Virus record (IMG/VR): IMGVR_UViG_3300031576_000031
Coordinates: 1,014 to 65,013 of that record
DNA: 64,000 bases
Direction: 5' to 3' (one strand)
DNA from: a virus
Shown here: positions 36,801 through 45,917 of the stretch, in pieces
How the letters are laid out: the number at the start of each line of letters is the position of its first letter
Position numbering within the stretch: position 1 is the first letter of the stretch
Program-made: the position numbers and the translations under genes
Notes under the pieces: model-generated
The model's input: only the letters and a program-made list of their open reading frames with translations
Databases searched by the model: none
Told to the model about the DNA's origin: nothing

Positions 36801-37422
36801 CATTTGTTAGAACATACTTCCTGCCCGCATTAACACATGCCTGATGGACGACTTTGTTAAGGTCATACTGGATATCCCAATCATCCAATGGCATCATCTC
36901 GCCATAGAAGTCTTCCTTGAAAGCATCGGAATAATCTTGGAATAACTTGATACCATCGCGGTTCTTGACGTTCCAGAACGGCGAAGATGAACATCCAGAA
37001 AGGATTACAACATTGCCAGCCCAACCGTTATCAATAGGCCAAGTTACAGGTAGGAACGCTCTCTTAGCCCTGCCGCTCTTACCAAGACCATAATTATTGG
37101 CATAGTTCAGGCCATTGATTAGTAATTCAAATCCCTTCTGGCTCTTGGCTAATGCCGTGAGATGGAGATTTTGTAGTTTCTTGTCTTCTTTGATCTTGTC
37201 GAACTCTTCGGCAAGATACAGCTCAACTCCGAAGATTGGTTTGACTCCATTAGCCTCACAGGCTCTCTTGTGGCGAATTACTCCCGACATCGAGCCATGG
37301 TCTGTTAAGCAGAGATACTCGTGTCCATTCTTCTTAGCTGTCTCGGCCAATGAGGTTATTTTGGCAGCACCATCCAAAAGCGATGCCTCGGAGTGGACGT
37401 GGCAATTAATGTACCTTCTCAT
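33775..37422 (-). CDS. dnaE: DNA polymerase III alpha (DnaE) with a C-terminal family-4 uracil-DNA glycosylase domain
   Basis: HVHSEASLLDG PHP start, GPARGSAGG, PDIDVD, KIDILGL, FNRSHAVAY; then CTDCDLRQGC, AEAPGYNED, GKSG, NVVHCKP, HPSSVL. Confidence 0.93.
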   Translation of the reverse strand: MRRYINCHVHSEASLLDGAAKITSLAETAKKNGHEYLCLTDHGSMSGVIRHKRACEANGVKPIFGVELYLAEEFDKIKEDKKLQNLHLTALAKSQKGFELLINGLNYANNYGLGKSGRAKRAFLPVTWPIDNGWAGNVVILSGCSSSPFWNVKNRDGIKLFQDYSDAFKEDFYGEMMPLDDWDIQYDLNKVVHQACVNAGRKYVLTNDIHYCGQEDWKIHELVICLGQHGMTWNNPHRWKFSTHRNYFRDGDDMYDSMLKMGMDSEVADNSIFNTNEVAEKCYFDLQKYPLDLPCPVKVEDENEYFLQQCAEGLKRRGLEGRDEYWIRLDKESKLIIKKGFVRYMLLVADVINWAKGQGIMVGPARGSAGGCLVSYLLGITEIDPIKHDLLFERFISEDRRDHPDIDVDIAAHERNLIERYLKQKYGDGNVAHVSTFSACYGRSALRDVSRIFEIPLQEVDVAAKSLIYRHESDARVLNVIEDTLESSKEFQGFAKKYPDVVMAASKLEGQIRGVGVHAAGYVVSNNSLLESNRCYLVSGTDGEKSINWDKDDLEDLGYIKIDILGLSTLSVIQEALILIRRNGTNLDLSKLELFDEKTYEAMGRGETATVFQINTPSLTSYCKELKPQSFEDVAALTALWRPGPIQAGQANDYILVRHGKKEPVYLSNGYKEIVQKTRGQLIYQEQISQLLVNLAGFTPAEADKIRKIIAKSKGIEKIREYSQRFIDGCVVNKSLSGEQAGILWEKLLGFGLYSFNRSHAVAYGLLTYWTMYLKIHYPTEYICAYLSHGSTDRESSEGITNLDSALREARRIGIEILGPDILESMSGWTVAGPKALRAGLQEVKYAGEKAKDEIFKLKSNGASFRTIDGFMGLVGRRTVNKRVIKSLLHSGAFDSLSDSDLYKRNFDEIYETYGTKEKHETAKIKAREMELEPIVENYLNYDGSIVTEIEDTCKDICKVLGENYEVVDGDIVSVVNRNTLNAYSHQDLTRVALIESNLRVIRNISPKREFLDSIRDAIKTCTDCDLRQGCKAPVPFEKGKQNVLIVAEAPGYNEDQKGKPLIGKSGQVLFSKLRDLGISRNSVYIDNVVHCKPQGNFLKSTDYIDGCRHLTTLFDIIRPILVLVLGNKSLYYFKGKDSGIMSLSGTTEWDKERKCWLTYCVHPSSVLHSNRDEMVGLFDKGLKEFKRVYSILGGEYEQDQSGLVRSGSERSDHF

Positions 37423-38107
37423 TGGCGTATTGCTTATTAAGACTATCTGAGGTTACAAAGAAAGTCAATGAATCAAGAACGTGTTCTGCTACAGAAAAGT
37501 ATTCATACTTATCGAAACGAATTAGAGACTCCTCATGTTGAAGGGTGTGCCTCCCTGATATCGCGTTATGTGGTCTATTGCGCAGGAAGATATCGTTAAC
37601 GGTTCCCAACAGATTTGTGGCATAATGATAGCTATCATCAATTGCAAAGGAATATGTCGGATAGTCATCAGCAAATAGGATCTTTCTGCAATAGTCGGCC
37701 TTATCCTTACAGAAACCAAGAGTATCAAACTTGTAGCCATTCTTGGCTAAGAAATGGGCTGTATCGCCAAAGACATTGGGATGATCCCATGTGGGCCTAC
37801 CGGTTAGGACATTGATTTTGAAACCCAGATTCTTAATGGTTTCAACGAATTCGATTGAGCCATTGATAGGCGACAACTTCCTGAGTAGCCCATTCTCATA
37901 GAACTTACTTACGATTCTAGTCCCTTTAGGACCATAGGTTGATTGAAGCTGTTCCTCCCATCCGTATAGTCTAGGGTCGGGCTCCCAATAGTGTCCGAGT
38001 TCTTCATTCACATACTTCAACCAGTAATCTTCAAAGTTCGCCAAGATGCCATCGATATCTATAATGGCTTGGCATTGATTCTTCTGGAAATAGGTATATT
38101 GTTTCAC
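37406..38107 (-). CDS. HAD-family 5'(3')-deoxyribonucleotidase-like protein
   Basis: IDIDGILANF, LTGRP, IDD. Confidence 0.8.
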   Translation of the reverse strand: MKQYTYFQKNQCQAIIDIDGILANFEDYWLKYVNEELGHYWEPDPRLYGWEEQLQSTYGPKGTRIVSKFYENGLLRKLSPINGSIEFVETIKNLGFKINVLTGRPTWDHPNVFGDTAHFLAKNGYKFDTLGFCKDKADYCRKILFADDYPTYSFAIDDSYHYATNLLGTVNDIFLRNRPHNAISGRHTLQHEESLIRFDKYEYFSVAEHVLDSLTFFVTSDSLNKQYANEKVH

Positions 38108-38547
38108 ATAGCACCGCCAAGTTCGATCATAACATCCTTTCTATCATTCCTTGAGACTCTTTTCCCATTGGTAAGACGATCAATAACGGCTTTGTGTTTC
38201 TTAGAAAGTGAGTCCAAATTGATATAGCTGTCTATATCGCTATTTTTTACAGACCAGCAATCACCGGGAATCCGCCTCATATCTTTGGAATACTTAGTCT
38301 TAAAGACATTGCCGACCTTGCGCAAGAATGACCTGACAAAGACATTGTGGAATTGCTTTCTATCAAGGCCCTTATATTTTTTATAGCACTTCCAGAGTAT
38401 TATACTTATTTCTTGTCTCACGTCTTCAATAGAATACATTCTGCTTATACCGCCATTCATCGATGACATTTTATTAAGATACCCGCTATAGTATTGATAC
38501 AAATCCTCGAAGGAATAGTTAGAGATTGTCTCATGCTCTTTAATCAT
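38104..38547 (-). CDS. Sigma-factor-like protein
   Basis: SIEDVRQEISIILWKCYKKY resembles sigma region 2; possible C-terminal HTH. Confidence 0.5.
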   Translation of the reverse strand: MIKEHETISNYSFEDLYQYYSGYLNKMSSMNGGISRMYSIEDVRQEISIILWKCYKKYKGLDRKQFHNVFVRSFLRKVGNVFKTKYSKDMRRIPGDCWSVKNSDIDSYINLDSLSKKHKAVIDRLTNGKRVSRNDRKDVMIELGGAM

Positions 38548-38562
38548 TGAATCCTCAAAAGG

Positions 38563-39318
38563 TTAGTTTTTGCCTTGTTCCAAGAGATAGTCTCTCAATT
38601 TCACAGCCGATAAGGCTTTGATGTTGTCGGACTGTTTCGGCGTGACAGAACAGAACTCATAAAGAATACCGATGACTTGACGGCTGATTGGATCATAAAG
38701 CGGGCCTCCCGATCCGCCATTCCAACTGCCGTTGGTCATAAAGACATCATCCTCATCTGCGTGAAGAAAGTAGCCAATGCTTATAGTTGGCGGGAACTGA
38801 TTCTCAGGACATCCCGCAAGAAGTAGGATGTGGCCCAATTGCATTTGTTTGATGGTCTTATCTACATCAAGCTCAAGATTCAACTTGGAATATGGAATAA
38901 ATTCACAAAGGAAAAATGATGCGTCAACACTCTTCGAGACATTGATTTTATGTATGGGGTATTGTTCGATTCGGCCATAAATATCTTTATACTTCAATTC
39001 TGGTACGAGTTCAAAACCAGTCTCATGTCTGTCCGTTTCCTCTGCTACATGACCACAAGTAATCCATAGGCTTGTCCCTAGTTCTCTGTCAATAGCCAAA
39101 CACCAAGCCGTTCCCCATGATGTGATATAGCGTTGCGCTGGATCGGTTGGATTTTGAAGCCACCATTCAAATCTTCCGCAAGCATATTTTACATTATCAA
39201 GAACATTCGCTGTTATTGGATTTGGTCTTATGTCTGTAGGTTGTTCCGACGCCTTATATGTTCGAGAGCTACATGACAGACCAAGAAACAAGAGCGCAGC
39301 GAACAACATCTTCCTCAT
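38563..39318 (-). CDS. Trypsin-like serine protease, putative lipoprotein
   Basis: Signal peptide with lipobox LGLSC; ITCGHV (His), VDAS (Asp), GGSGGPL (Ser). Confidence 0.75.
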   Translation of the reverse strand: MRKMLFAALLFLGLSCSSRTYKASEQPTDIRPNPITANVLDNVKYACGRFEWWLQNPTDPAQRYITSWGTAWCLAIDRELGTSLWITCGHVAEETDRHETGFELVPELKYKDIYGRIEQYPIHKINVSKSVDASFFLCEFIPYSKLNLELDVDKTIKQMQLGHILLLAGCPENQFPPTISIGYFLHADEDDVFMTNGSWNGGSGGPLYDPISRQVIGILYEFCSVTPKQSDNIKALSAVKLRDYLLEQGKN

Positions 39319-39432
39319 ACTGTGGCCCTTAACTAAACATCTTCATCTCCAACTAAGGACTTGGATTCGGGCACCACAATACAATTGAGGACAATTATTC
39401 ATGCCTATAAGACTTTTCTAAGTTCCAAAACG

Positions 39433-40344
39433 TTACGATAATATGTCGTCAAAATCGTCATAATTCTTGGCTCGTTCCAATGCATGTAACAATTCTTCTT
39501 CTACAAGCTCATCGGGGTCGCATTCTTTCAACTGGCATAGCTTAATATTCTCTATTCCGAATTCTTTAAGAAGTGAGCCAACATTACATTCATCTTCGTT
39601 AACATCTGGATCAAGCATAACCCAGACCGTCTTGGCTTTGATAGCATAAGCTAGTATTGCGGCTTGGGTCTGGCCTAGACTATGCCCTAGAAGGGCCACA
39701 CAAGCCATTCCAGCTTTTCCCACAACTCTCGATACCGCAATGCAGTCGAACGGGCCTTCCACAAGAACAACGGCTTTAGAGTTAACATTATCTATGTTGT
39801 ATAGCTGTCCAAACGATCCGGAAGGATTCAAACTCTTCTTGCCTGAGTACATATATCTTCTGGCCTGCCACCCCGTCAATTCCTTGTTGATATTCCTGAT
39901 TGGTAAAATGATATAGCCAGCTAACGGGCCGAATGGGCAAAAATGAATGTCATACTGCTCAATTTCGCCATCGAGCATCTTACGCTTCTCTATAAGATAG
40001 TCATAAGCCATTTTGCCCAACACCATCTCCTTATTATTCCAAAGCGTTATGGCCTCGGTAGGAAGAGAGGGCTTTTGAGGATGGACTTGAGCGAGGTTTA
40101 ATTTAAGCTCTCGACGGTCTTCTATTTCACCAACCGCGCCAAACTTGGCTAGGATATACCTCGCCGTGCCTCCCTGCCCACATCGAAAGCATTGCCCTAC
40201 CTTCTTGGTTTTATTGATCCAGAGCTTATAGTTCTCATTACCGCAGAATGGGCAATTAATCCTTACTTCTTCGCCGCCTTGTTCCCTGTACTCGATCCCT
40301 AGAGCGTCCAGAGCGTCTATGAGAGACATAGCCTTTACCGTCAC
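39433..40344 (-). CDS. DNA primase (zinc finger plus TOPRIM)
   Basis: CPFC...CFRC, LVEGPFD, MLDPD. Confidence 0.88.
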   Translation of the reverse strand: MTVKAMSLIDALDALGIEYREQGGEEVRINCPFCGNENYKLWINKTKKVGQCFRCGQGGTARYILAKFGAVGEIEDRRELKLNLAQVHPQKPSLPTEAITLWNNKEMVLGKMAYDYLIEKRKMLDGEIEQYDIHFCPFGPLAGYIILPIRNINKELTGWQARRYMYSGKKSLNPSGSFGQLYNIDNVNSKAVVLVEGPFDCIAVSRVVGKAGMACVALLGHSLGQTQAAILAYAIKAKTVWVMLDPDVNEDECNVGSLLKEFGIENIKLCQLKECDPDELVEEELLHALERAKNYDDFDDILS

Positions 40345-40409
40345 ATTGATGACACGGGATATATGTTATTTCTTCGGCATCTGGGGCCATCCCAGTGCCG
40401 AGACAAGGT

Positions 40410-41435
40410 TTACATTTCACTCCCCTCTTTTTCATAGCTCATTTCTCCTACAACCTTTTCTTTCCTTGCCAATCTTAAATCGCTCTCCATCATCATAGTT
40501 AATAGCTGATTATATGAAGTCCTTGGTTCCCAGCCTAGAACGTTTTTAGCTTTGCTATAATCGCCTAATAGGCAATCAACCTCTTTTGGTCTTAAATATT
40601 TCGGATCGAATTCGACATAGTTTTTCCAATCCAATCCCACATAATCAAAGGCATCCTTGAGAAAAGTCTCAACTGTATTGGCTATTCCGGTAGCAATAAC
40701 ATAATCGTCTGGCTGGTCATGCTGAAGCATGAGGAACATGGCTTCTACAAAGTTTCCGGCAAAGCCCCAATCTCTTTTAGTCCTCAGATTTCCAAGATAG
40801 AGCCTCTTTTGTAATCCCAATGAGATCCTACTGGCCGCTCTGGTAATCTTACGAGTAACAAATGTCTCGGCCCTTCTTGGACTCTCGTGATTAAAGAGGA
40901 TGCCATTACAAGCAAAGATGTTATACATATCTCTGTAGGCTACGACTGAATAATAAGCCGCAACCTTAGCGGCAGCATAAGGACTACACGGCTTGAATTG
41001 AACTTGCTCATTCTGTGGTGGCGGAGATGACCCAAACATCTCTGAGGAAGACGCCTGATAGAGTCTGGCGGCTGGGATTATGTCTCTAATGGCCTCTAAG
41101 AGTTTTAGAACCCCACCAGCATTAACGTCAAAAGTATACTCTGGAATATCAAATGATACCCTTACATGGGATTGTGCTGCTAGATTATATATTTCATCTG
41201 GTTGGACCTCCTCCAGAATCTTGCGGATTGTAGTAGTATCCGTAAGATCGCCGAAATGGAGAAAGAAGTTTGTATCTCCGCCATGAGGATCATTATAGAG
41301 ATGATCTATTCGAGAAGTATTGAACGTCGATGCCCGTCTCATTACTCCGTGTACCTGGTATCCTTTTGACAGTAACAACTCTGACAAATAACTTCCGTCT
41401 TGCCCAGTCACGCCGAATATCAGGGCTCTCTTCAT
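40410..41435 (-). CDS. gmd: GDP-mannose 4,6-dehydratase
   Basis: [49 protein letters not shown]. Confidence 0.96.
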   Translation of the reverse strand: MKRALIFGVTGQDGSYLSELLLSKGYQVHGVMRRASTFNTSRIDHLYNDPHGGDTNFFLHFGDLTDTTTIRKILEEVQPDEIYNLAAQSHVRVSFDIPEYTFDVNAGGVLKLLEAIRDIIPAARLYQASSSEMFGSSPPPQNEQVQFKPCSPYAAAKVAAYYSVVAYRDMYNIFACNGILFNHESPRRAETFVTRKITRAASRISLGLQKRLYLGNLRTKRDWGFAGNFVEAMFLMLQHDQPDDYVIATGIANTVETFLKDAFDYVGLDWKNYVEFDPKYLRPKEVDCLLGDYSKAKNVLGWEPRTSYNQLLTMMMESDLRLARKEKVVGEMSYEKEGSEM

Positions 41436-41562
41436 CGTCTCCTCTTCATGGCGGAAATAAATATGATTATGAGAGTGAAAAATAAAGCCAGTGTAGTTAC
41501 AGAAATAAAATAATTAAAATATACAATAAACTGTTGCCTGTAATGCTCAGTCATAGGGTCCA

Positions 41563-42942
41563 CTAGAAATAATCTCCACCAATCTTCTTCTTGCCAACTA
41601 TAGCCTCATTAAACGCCAGTTCTTTCTTCTCGTCTATCTCATTCATGTAACACGAAGACCAATTTACCCTCATCGGGATAATAAGCCCAGTAGCAGACTC
41701 TCTTGAGCCTGCGAAATAAATCCTGAGCCTTTTCTCTACTTCTTCAACGTCGGTCTGACAGATTGTAAAGATATTATCAGAAATTTGGACTTTGGAGAAT
41801 GATTCTGCAATATCCTTCATGTTGATTACTGGCTTATCAACCGCCTGCCTATTACACTGTGTAGCGGTAATTATGGCGCAATCGAATTCTGCCGATAGAG
41901 CCCTTAGATCCTCATAAACGACTTTCTGGATAAATCTCTCATCTATATTCCTTGCATTGGCTCTTATAAGATCGGCATAATCAACCACGATCACATCCGG
42001 CTTAAACCCGTTCATGCTATCGATGTAATACAAATAGCTTCTTAGACTATCTACTGTAACAGACGAGGTGGCATATTCCTTGATGATTAGCTTACCCCTA
42101 TGATTCCTCTCGAACTTATTACACTGATCCATTACCAAGTCAATCTTCTCCGATAGCTCGTCCATTTGAACGCCGGAGATCCGAGATGCCATTCGAAATC
42201 CCCACTTCTTATCGGAGATTTCCAAAGTGAAGACAACTACCGACATTCCTCTAAGAAGATTATGATATGCGGTATTCAAAAGAAACATTGACTTCCCGCC
42301 CTTAGCCCTACCGATCACCGAGGTCAGCGTACCGGCACTCATACCGCCCTTCATTACTCTATCCATTGCCGGTATGCCAATCGTGAATGTTCTGGAACGG
42401 CTCTTGGCTAGAATGGCTGGTAGATCACTAATCTTCTTGAAGAATTCTATTCCCACATCCTGATGGGTATTAGTTCTCAGATAGGTTTGTCTAATAGAGC
42501 CCAAAACCTCGTTATGATCTATATCCCCCGCTTCAAGGCGCTTATAAACATCTACTACAGTAGATTGCATTTCCTTGGTGCGACAGTACCGCAGGAATTC
42601 GTCCTTGACGTCTTTAACGGTCGTTTCTAATGGCTGATAAATCCTCGATATTAATTCTTGAGCGGGTTGTAGAGCGAGAGAGGATTCTTGGGCCTTATCT
42701 TTAACCTTATTGGCCTTGATTAATGAGTTTACCAGATCATTTAACAGACCGGTCCTTGATGGCGGATAACCATCGCGCTTATAGGCGTTGAATATCCCCT
42801 CAGCCGCTAGGACATAGTTTTGTTGTTCAAAGTATTCTGGTTTTAGAACAGAATGCGCTTCTCTAAGAAAGTTCTTATCCTGAACGAGACAGGATAAAAC
42901 TGTTTCCTTGAATTCCTTTGTAAAGGTCTTACTGGACGGCAT
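41563..42942 (-). CDS. dnaB: Replicative DnaB-like helicase
   Basis: GRAKGGKS, FTLEI, VVDYAD, TATQCNR, AESFSK. Confidence 0.9.
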   Translation of the reverse strand: MPSSKTFTKEFKETVLSCLVQDKNFLREAHSVLKPEYFEQQNYVLAAEGIFNAYKRDGYPPSRTGLLNDLVNSLIKANKVKDKAQESSLALQPAQELISRIYQPLETTVKDVKDEFLRYCRTKEMQSTVVDVYKRLEAGDIDHNEVLGSIRQTYLRTNTHQDVGIEFFKKISDLPAILAKSRSRTFTIGIPAMDRVMKGGMSAGTLTSVIGRAKGGKSMFLLNTAYHNLLRGMSVVVFTLEISDKKWGFRMASRISGVQMDELSEKIDLVMDQCNKFERNHRGKLIIKEYATSSVTVDSLRSYLYYIDSMNGFKPDVIVVDYADLIRANARNIDERFIQKVVYEDLRALSAEFDCAIITATQCNRQAVDKPVINMKDIAESFSKVQISDNIFTICQTDVEEVEKRLRIYFAGSRESATGLIIPMRVNWSSCYMNEIDEKKELAFNEAIVGKKKIGGDYF

Positions 42943-42974
42943 TCTTTCTCCCCACTGTAATTATTTTATAAGAA

Positions 42975-43595
42975 CTATCTATTACTCTCAAAAACGCCTT
43001 TGCGAATCCTGGGGGAGTAATCGATCTGAGTCTTTTTGTCTTTTCACTTTTACCCCCCCAATCTCTGTAGCCATGATCCTTGCGGACATGAGCGTACAGG
43101 TGCAACTTGCTGTTTAATTGGTAAATTGAAGCGACCCCATAAGAGCGTCTTCTTTGTATATGGATCGCCATAATCGCATGGATCAAAAATCAATGTTGGT
43201 GCACCATCTTCCGTGCCGGATAGATCACCAAGAACATGCCCGCGCAGCCCACGAAGTCTTCCTACAGGATTCTCAAGTGCCCACCAATTAGGATTTAGAT
43301 CAACAATCAAATCAATACACGCATCAACGATCTCCAATGCCTCCTCGGTCCTACCGTCAGCATCCTTTATCTTAAAATATTGTGCCCCACTGACGCTGAG
43401 GTGGTCGCAAGGCGGAGCGGCCAATATGCCATAAATATCTCCCGGATCGTGGTCATGATATTTAACATATTCTCTTACATCCCACTCTGGCAATGTAATA
43501 ACTCTGACATCATAACCGGCCTCGGTATATGGTTTGCTCCAAGCGCCAGTACCTCCACATAGATCAAGTATAATACGATCTTTAATCTGACTCAT
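42975..43595 (-). pseudogene. Phage C5-cytosine DNA methyltransferase-like gene with a compensated pair of homopolymer frameshifts
   Basis: LDLCGGTG, AAPPC and ALENPVGRL motifs. A G7 run (43053-43059) creates TAA at 43052-43050; the continuation KSEKTKRLRSITPPGFAKAF is in another frame until a T5 run (42990-42994) restores the frame, ending ESNR-TAG at 42975. Confidence 0.75.
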
Positions 43596-45007
43596 CTCAT
43601 CCCCACCTCACCACACCACTCGATCTCGAAGCCTTCCCTCTTATAAAGCTCAATCCGCTCGACAGAATGTTTGGCTAAATATTTGTTACCGGAATGAATA
43701 TAATCAATGATATCAACGGTATTGTCCCCGCCTTTCTTTCTCAAAGCCCTACCGATCCTCTGAAGCTGTTGTCCGTGGCTTAGGCCACCGGCTGAAAGGA
43801 TAAGAACGTTTATTTCTGGGATATCGACCCCTTCGGATAGGATCTTACTAGCCACCAAGACCTTTACCTCGCCATTCCTGAATTTTTCTATTCCACTTCG
43901 TCTCTTATCACTCTCCGCTTGACCATGTAGGAACAAATTCCTTACTCCCTTGTTCTCCAGCTCTGAGCTTATTAGACGACCCTGATTGATTTTTTCGACC
44001 AAAATAAGTATCCTTTTCCCTCTTTTGTACCAATCGTAGGCTTGAGTCGCTATAAGAGACGAATATTTAGTATTATACCGAATCATGGCGTCATAGGCTT
44101 GACGATATGGCAAATTGTTAGGCTCGTAATTCAAACAATAAAGATGAATCTTTGGCTTTGCGCTCCAACCTGACTCAATATTATGAGCATTCTTACGCTC
44201 CTGAAGGATTTCGCTTCCTGTCGCGGCGAACATCTTGAACAGCTTCAGCCGTTCTCTAGGTGGACTACCAGTCAATGAGAATCTAAATGGGGCATCACAC
44301 GCCAGACAAAGTGAATACCACGAATTACTCTGGGCATGGGCGGCTTCGTCTACTAATAGCACCTTGAACTTGTTCAACCACGCCTTCTTCTTGGTATACA
44401 TCAGGGCGTGAAGAGATTGAACCATTGCCACTGTTAGGCTCTCAGACTCTATGTTCTTACCATCCCCGAATATTCCAGCTTTTTTGCCAGTTCTCAAAGA
44501 ATAACGTTCTGAGCATTGATAGAGCAATTCCTTCCGATCCACCAGCCATAGCGTAGGGAGATTATAACACTCCACCAATGCTGCGCACACCTCGGTCTTG
44601 CCCGAGTTTGTGGGCAAGAGGATGGCTCCTCTTGACTTTATGGTAGCGTTCTGGATTGCCTGTCTTTGAAACTCAGCTAGCCTAATTCCAATGAGTTCTA
44701 TATCATTCGCCTTTATGATGGCGTTCCTTTTAACGTCTGAGTACGTATCTAACGTATCATCGATTATTGGAATATCGCCTACGATCTCTGTGGCGTAGTT
44801 CATTAGGCCAGTAGGAAATTGACCGGTCTTGACGCTATAGAAATGATGTCTACCATCCCAAGTTCCTCTCGCCATGCGATATCTTTGTGAATATTGTATC
44901 CCGGGTATCACGCAAGAGAGATGTTGATCTAGCTTGTGTCTTAATTCAGAGGATTCGATGACTAGCTTAGACCAGACTGGAGACGCTTCGATCTGCATTA
45001 GAAACAA
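43592..45007 (-). CDS. SF2 DEAD/H-type helicase (UvsW-like)
   Basis: LPTNSGKT, DEAAH, LTGSP, LSEGVDIP, QRIGRALR. Confidence 0.92.
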   Translation of the reverse strand: MFLMQIEASPVWSKLVIESSELRHKLDQHLSCVIPGIQYSQRYRMARGTWDGRHHFYSVKTGQFPTGLMNYATEIVGDIPIIDDTLDTYSDVKRNAIIKANDIELIGIRLAEFQRQAIQNATIKSRGAILLPTNSGKTEVCAALVECYNLPTLWLVDRKELLYQCSERYSLRTGKKAGIFGDGKNIESESLTVAMVQSLHALMYTKKKAWLNKFKVLLVDEAAHAQSNSWYSLCLACDAPFRFSLTGSPPRERLKLFKMFAATGSEILQERKNAHNIESGWSAKPKIHLYCLNYEPNNLPYRQAYDAMIRYNTKYSSLIATQAYDWYKRGKRILILVEKINQGRLISSELENKGVRNLFLHGQAESDKRRSGIEKFRNGEVKVLVASKILSEGVDIPEINVLILSAGGLSHGQQLQRIGRALRKKGGDNTVDIIDYIHSGNKYLAKHSVERIELYKREGFEIEWCGEVGMR

Positions 45008-45917
45008 ACCAATCGTAAGTCTTCTTCAGGCCGTAATCGAGGGAGAATCTGGGGGCCCATCCCAAGCACCTACCAGCCCTAGTGATATCAAGCGCTCTTG
45101 CCGGTTGACCATTGGGCTTTGATATATCCCAAACGATATCTCCATTAAAACCTACTATAGTTTTAATTTTTTCTGCGAGTTCTTTAATGCTGACCTGTGC
45201 CCCAGTCCCAACATTTATTGGATATGGACTCCCGGTAAAGTATAGTGCCTCTTCCAATACCTCAACGAAATCGTCTACTAGGAGAAAATCCCTTGTTGGA
45301 GAGCCATCGCCCCAAAGTTCGACTGTATTTTTACCATTATCCTTGGCGGTATGGAACTTTCGGATTAATGCCGGAATGACATGGGATGTTTCTAAACTCA
45401 TGTTATCACCTGGACCAAACAAGTTAGTTGGCACCAGATATGTACTCTCAACTCCATATTGCTTAAAGTAGGCCAAACAACCCATTAATAATGACAATTT
45501 AGCTATCCCATATGGAGCATTTGTTTCTTCCGGCATACCATAGAAGAGATTCTCCTCTTTGAATGGAACTTTTTCATCTCTCTGATATGAGCAAGTTGAA
45601 CCCACAAACACCACTTTAGCATCATAATTCTTGGCAGCATCTAGCACATTGATGCCCATTAATAGGTTATCCCGCCAGAATGCCCCTGGGGCTCTCATAT
45701 TTGCCCCTATTCCGCCGCATTTGGCGGCAAGGTGTATAATGATGTCCGGGGTATAGTGACCTACAACGGCATCTGTGGCCTTTGGGTCCTCAAGGTCATA
45801 CTCTGAGCTTCTAAACCTGAAGACGTTCTTATAGCCACGGATCTTGAGATAGTCATAGACATGAGAACCCACAAAGCCATAACCGCCAGTAATTAGGATA
45901 TTTATATTACTTTCCAT
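44967..45917 (-). CDS. fcl: GDP-L-fucose synthase
   Basis: ITGGYGFVG, HLAAKCGGI, GSTCSY, YGIAK, HVIPALIRKF, WGDGSPTRDFL. Confidence 0.93.
   Translation of the reverse strand: MESNINILITGGYGFVGSHVYDYLKIRGYKNVFRFRSSEYDLEDPKATDAVVGHYTPDIIIHLAAKCGGIGANMRAPGAFWRDNLLMGINVLDAAKNYDAKVVFVGSTCSYQRDEKVPFKEENLFYGMPEETNAPYGIAKLSLLMGCLAYFKQYGVESTYLVPTNLFGPGDNMSLETSHVIPALIRKFHTAKDNGKNTVELWGDGSPTRDFLLVDDFVEVLEEALYFTGSPYPINVGTGAQVSIKELAEKIKTIVGFNGDIVWDISKPNGQPARALDITRAGRCLGWAPRFSLDYGLKKTYDWFVSNADRSVSSLV

Noticed and set aside
1996-45007. Inteins or introns in terL, dnaE, recA, dnaB or the helicase
   Set aside because: Lengths are normal, no C/S...HN splice motifs or LAGLIDADG blocks were seen, and the extra DnaE length is explained by the UDG domain.
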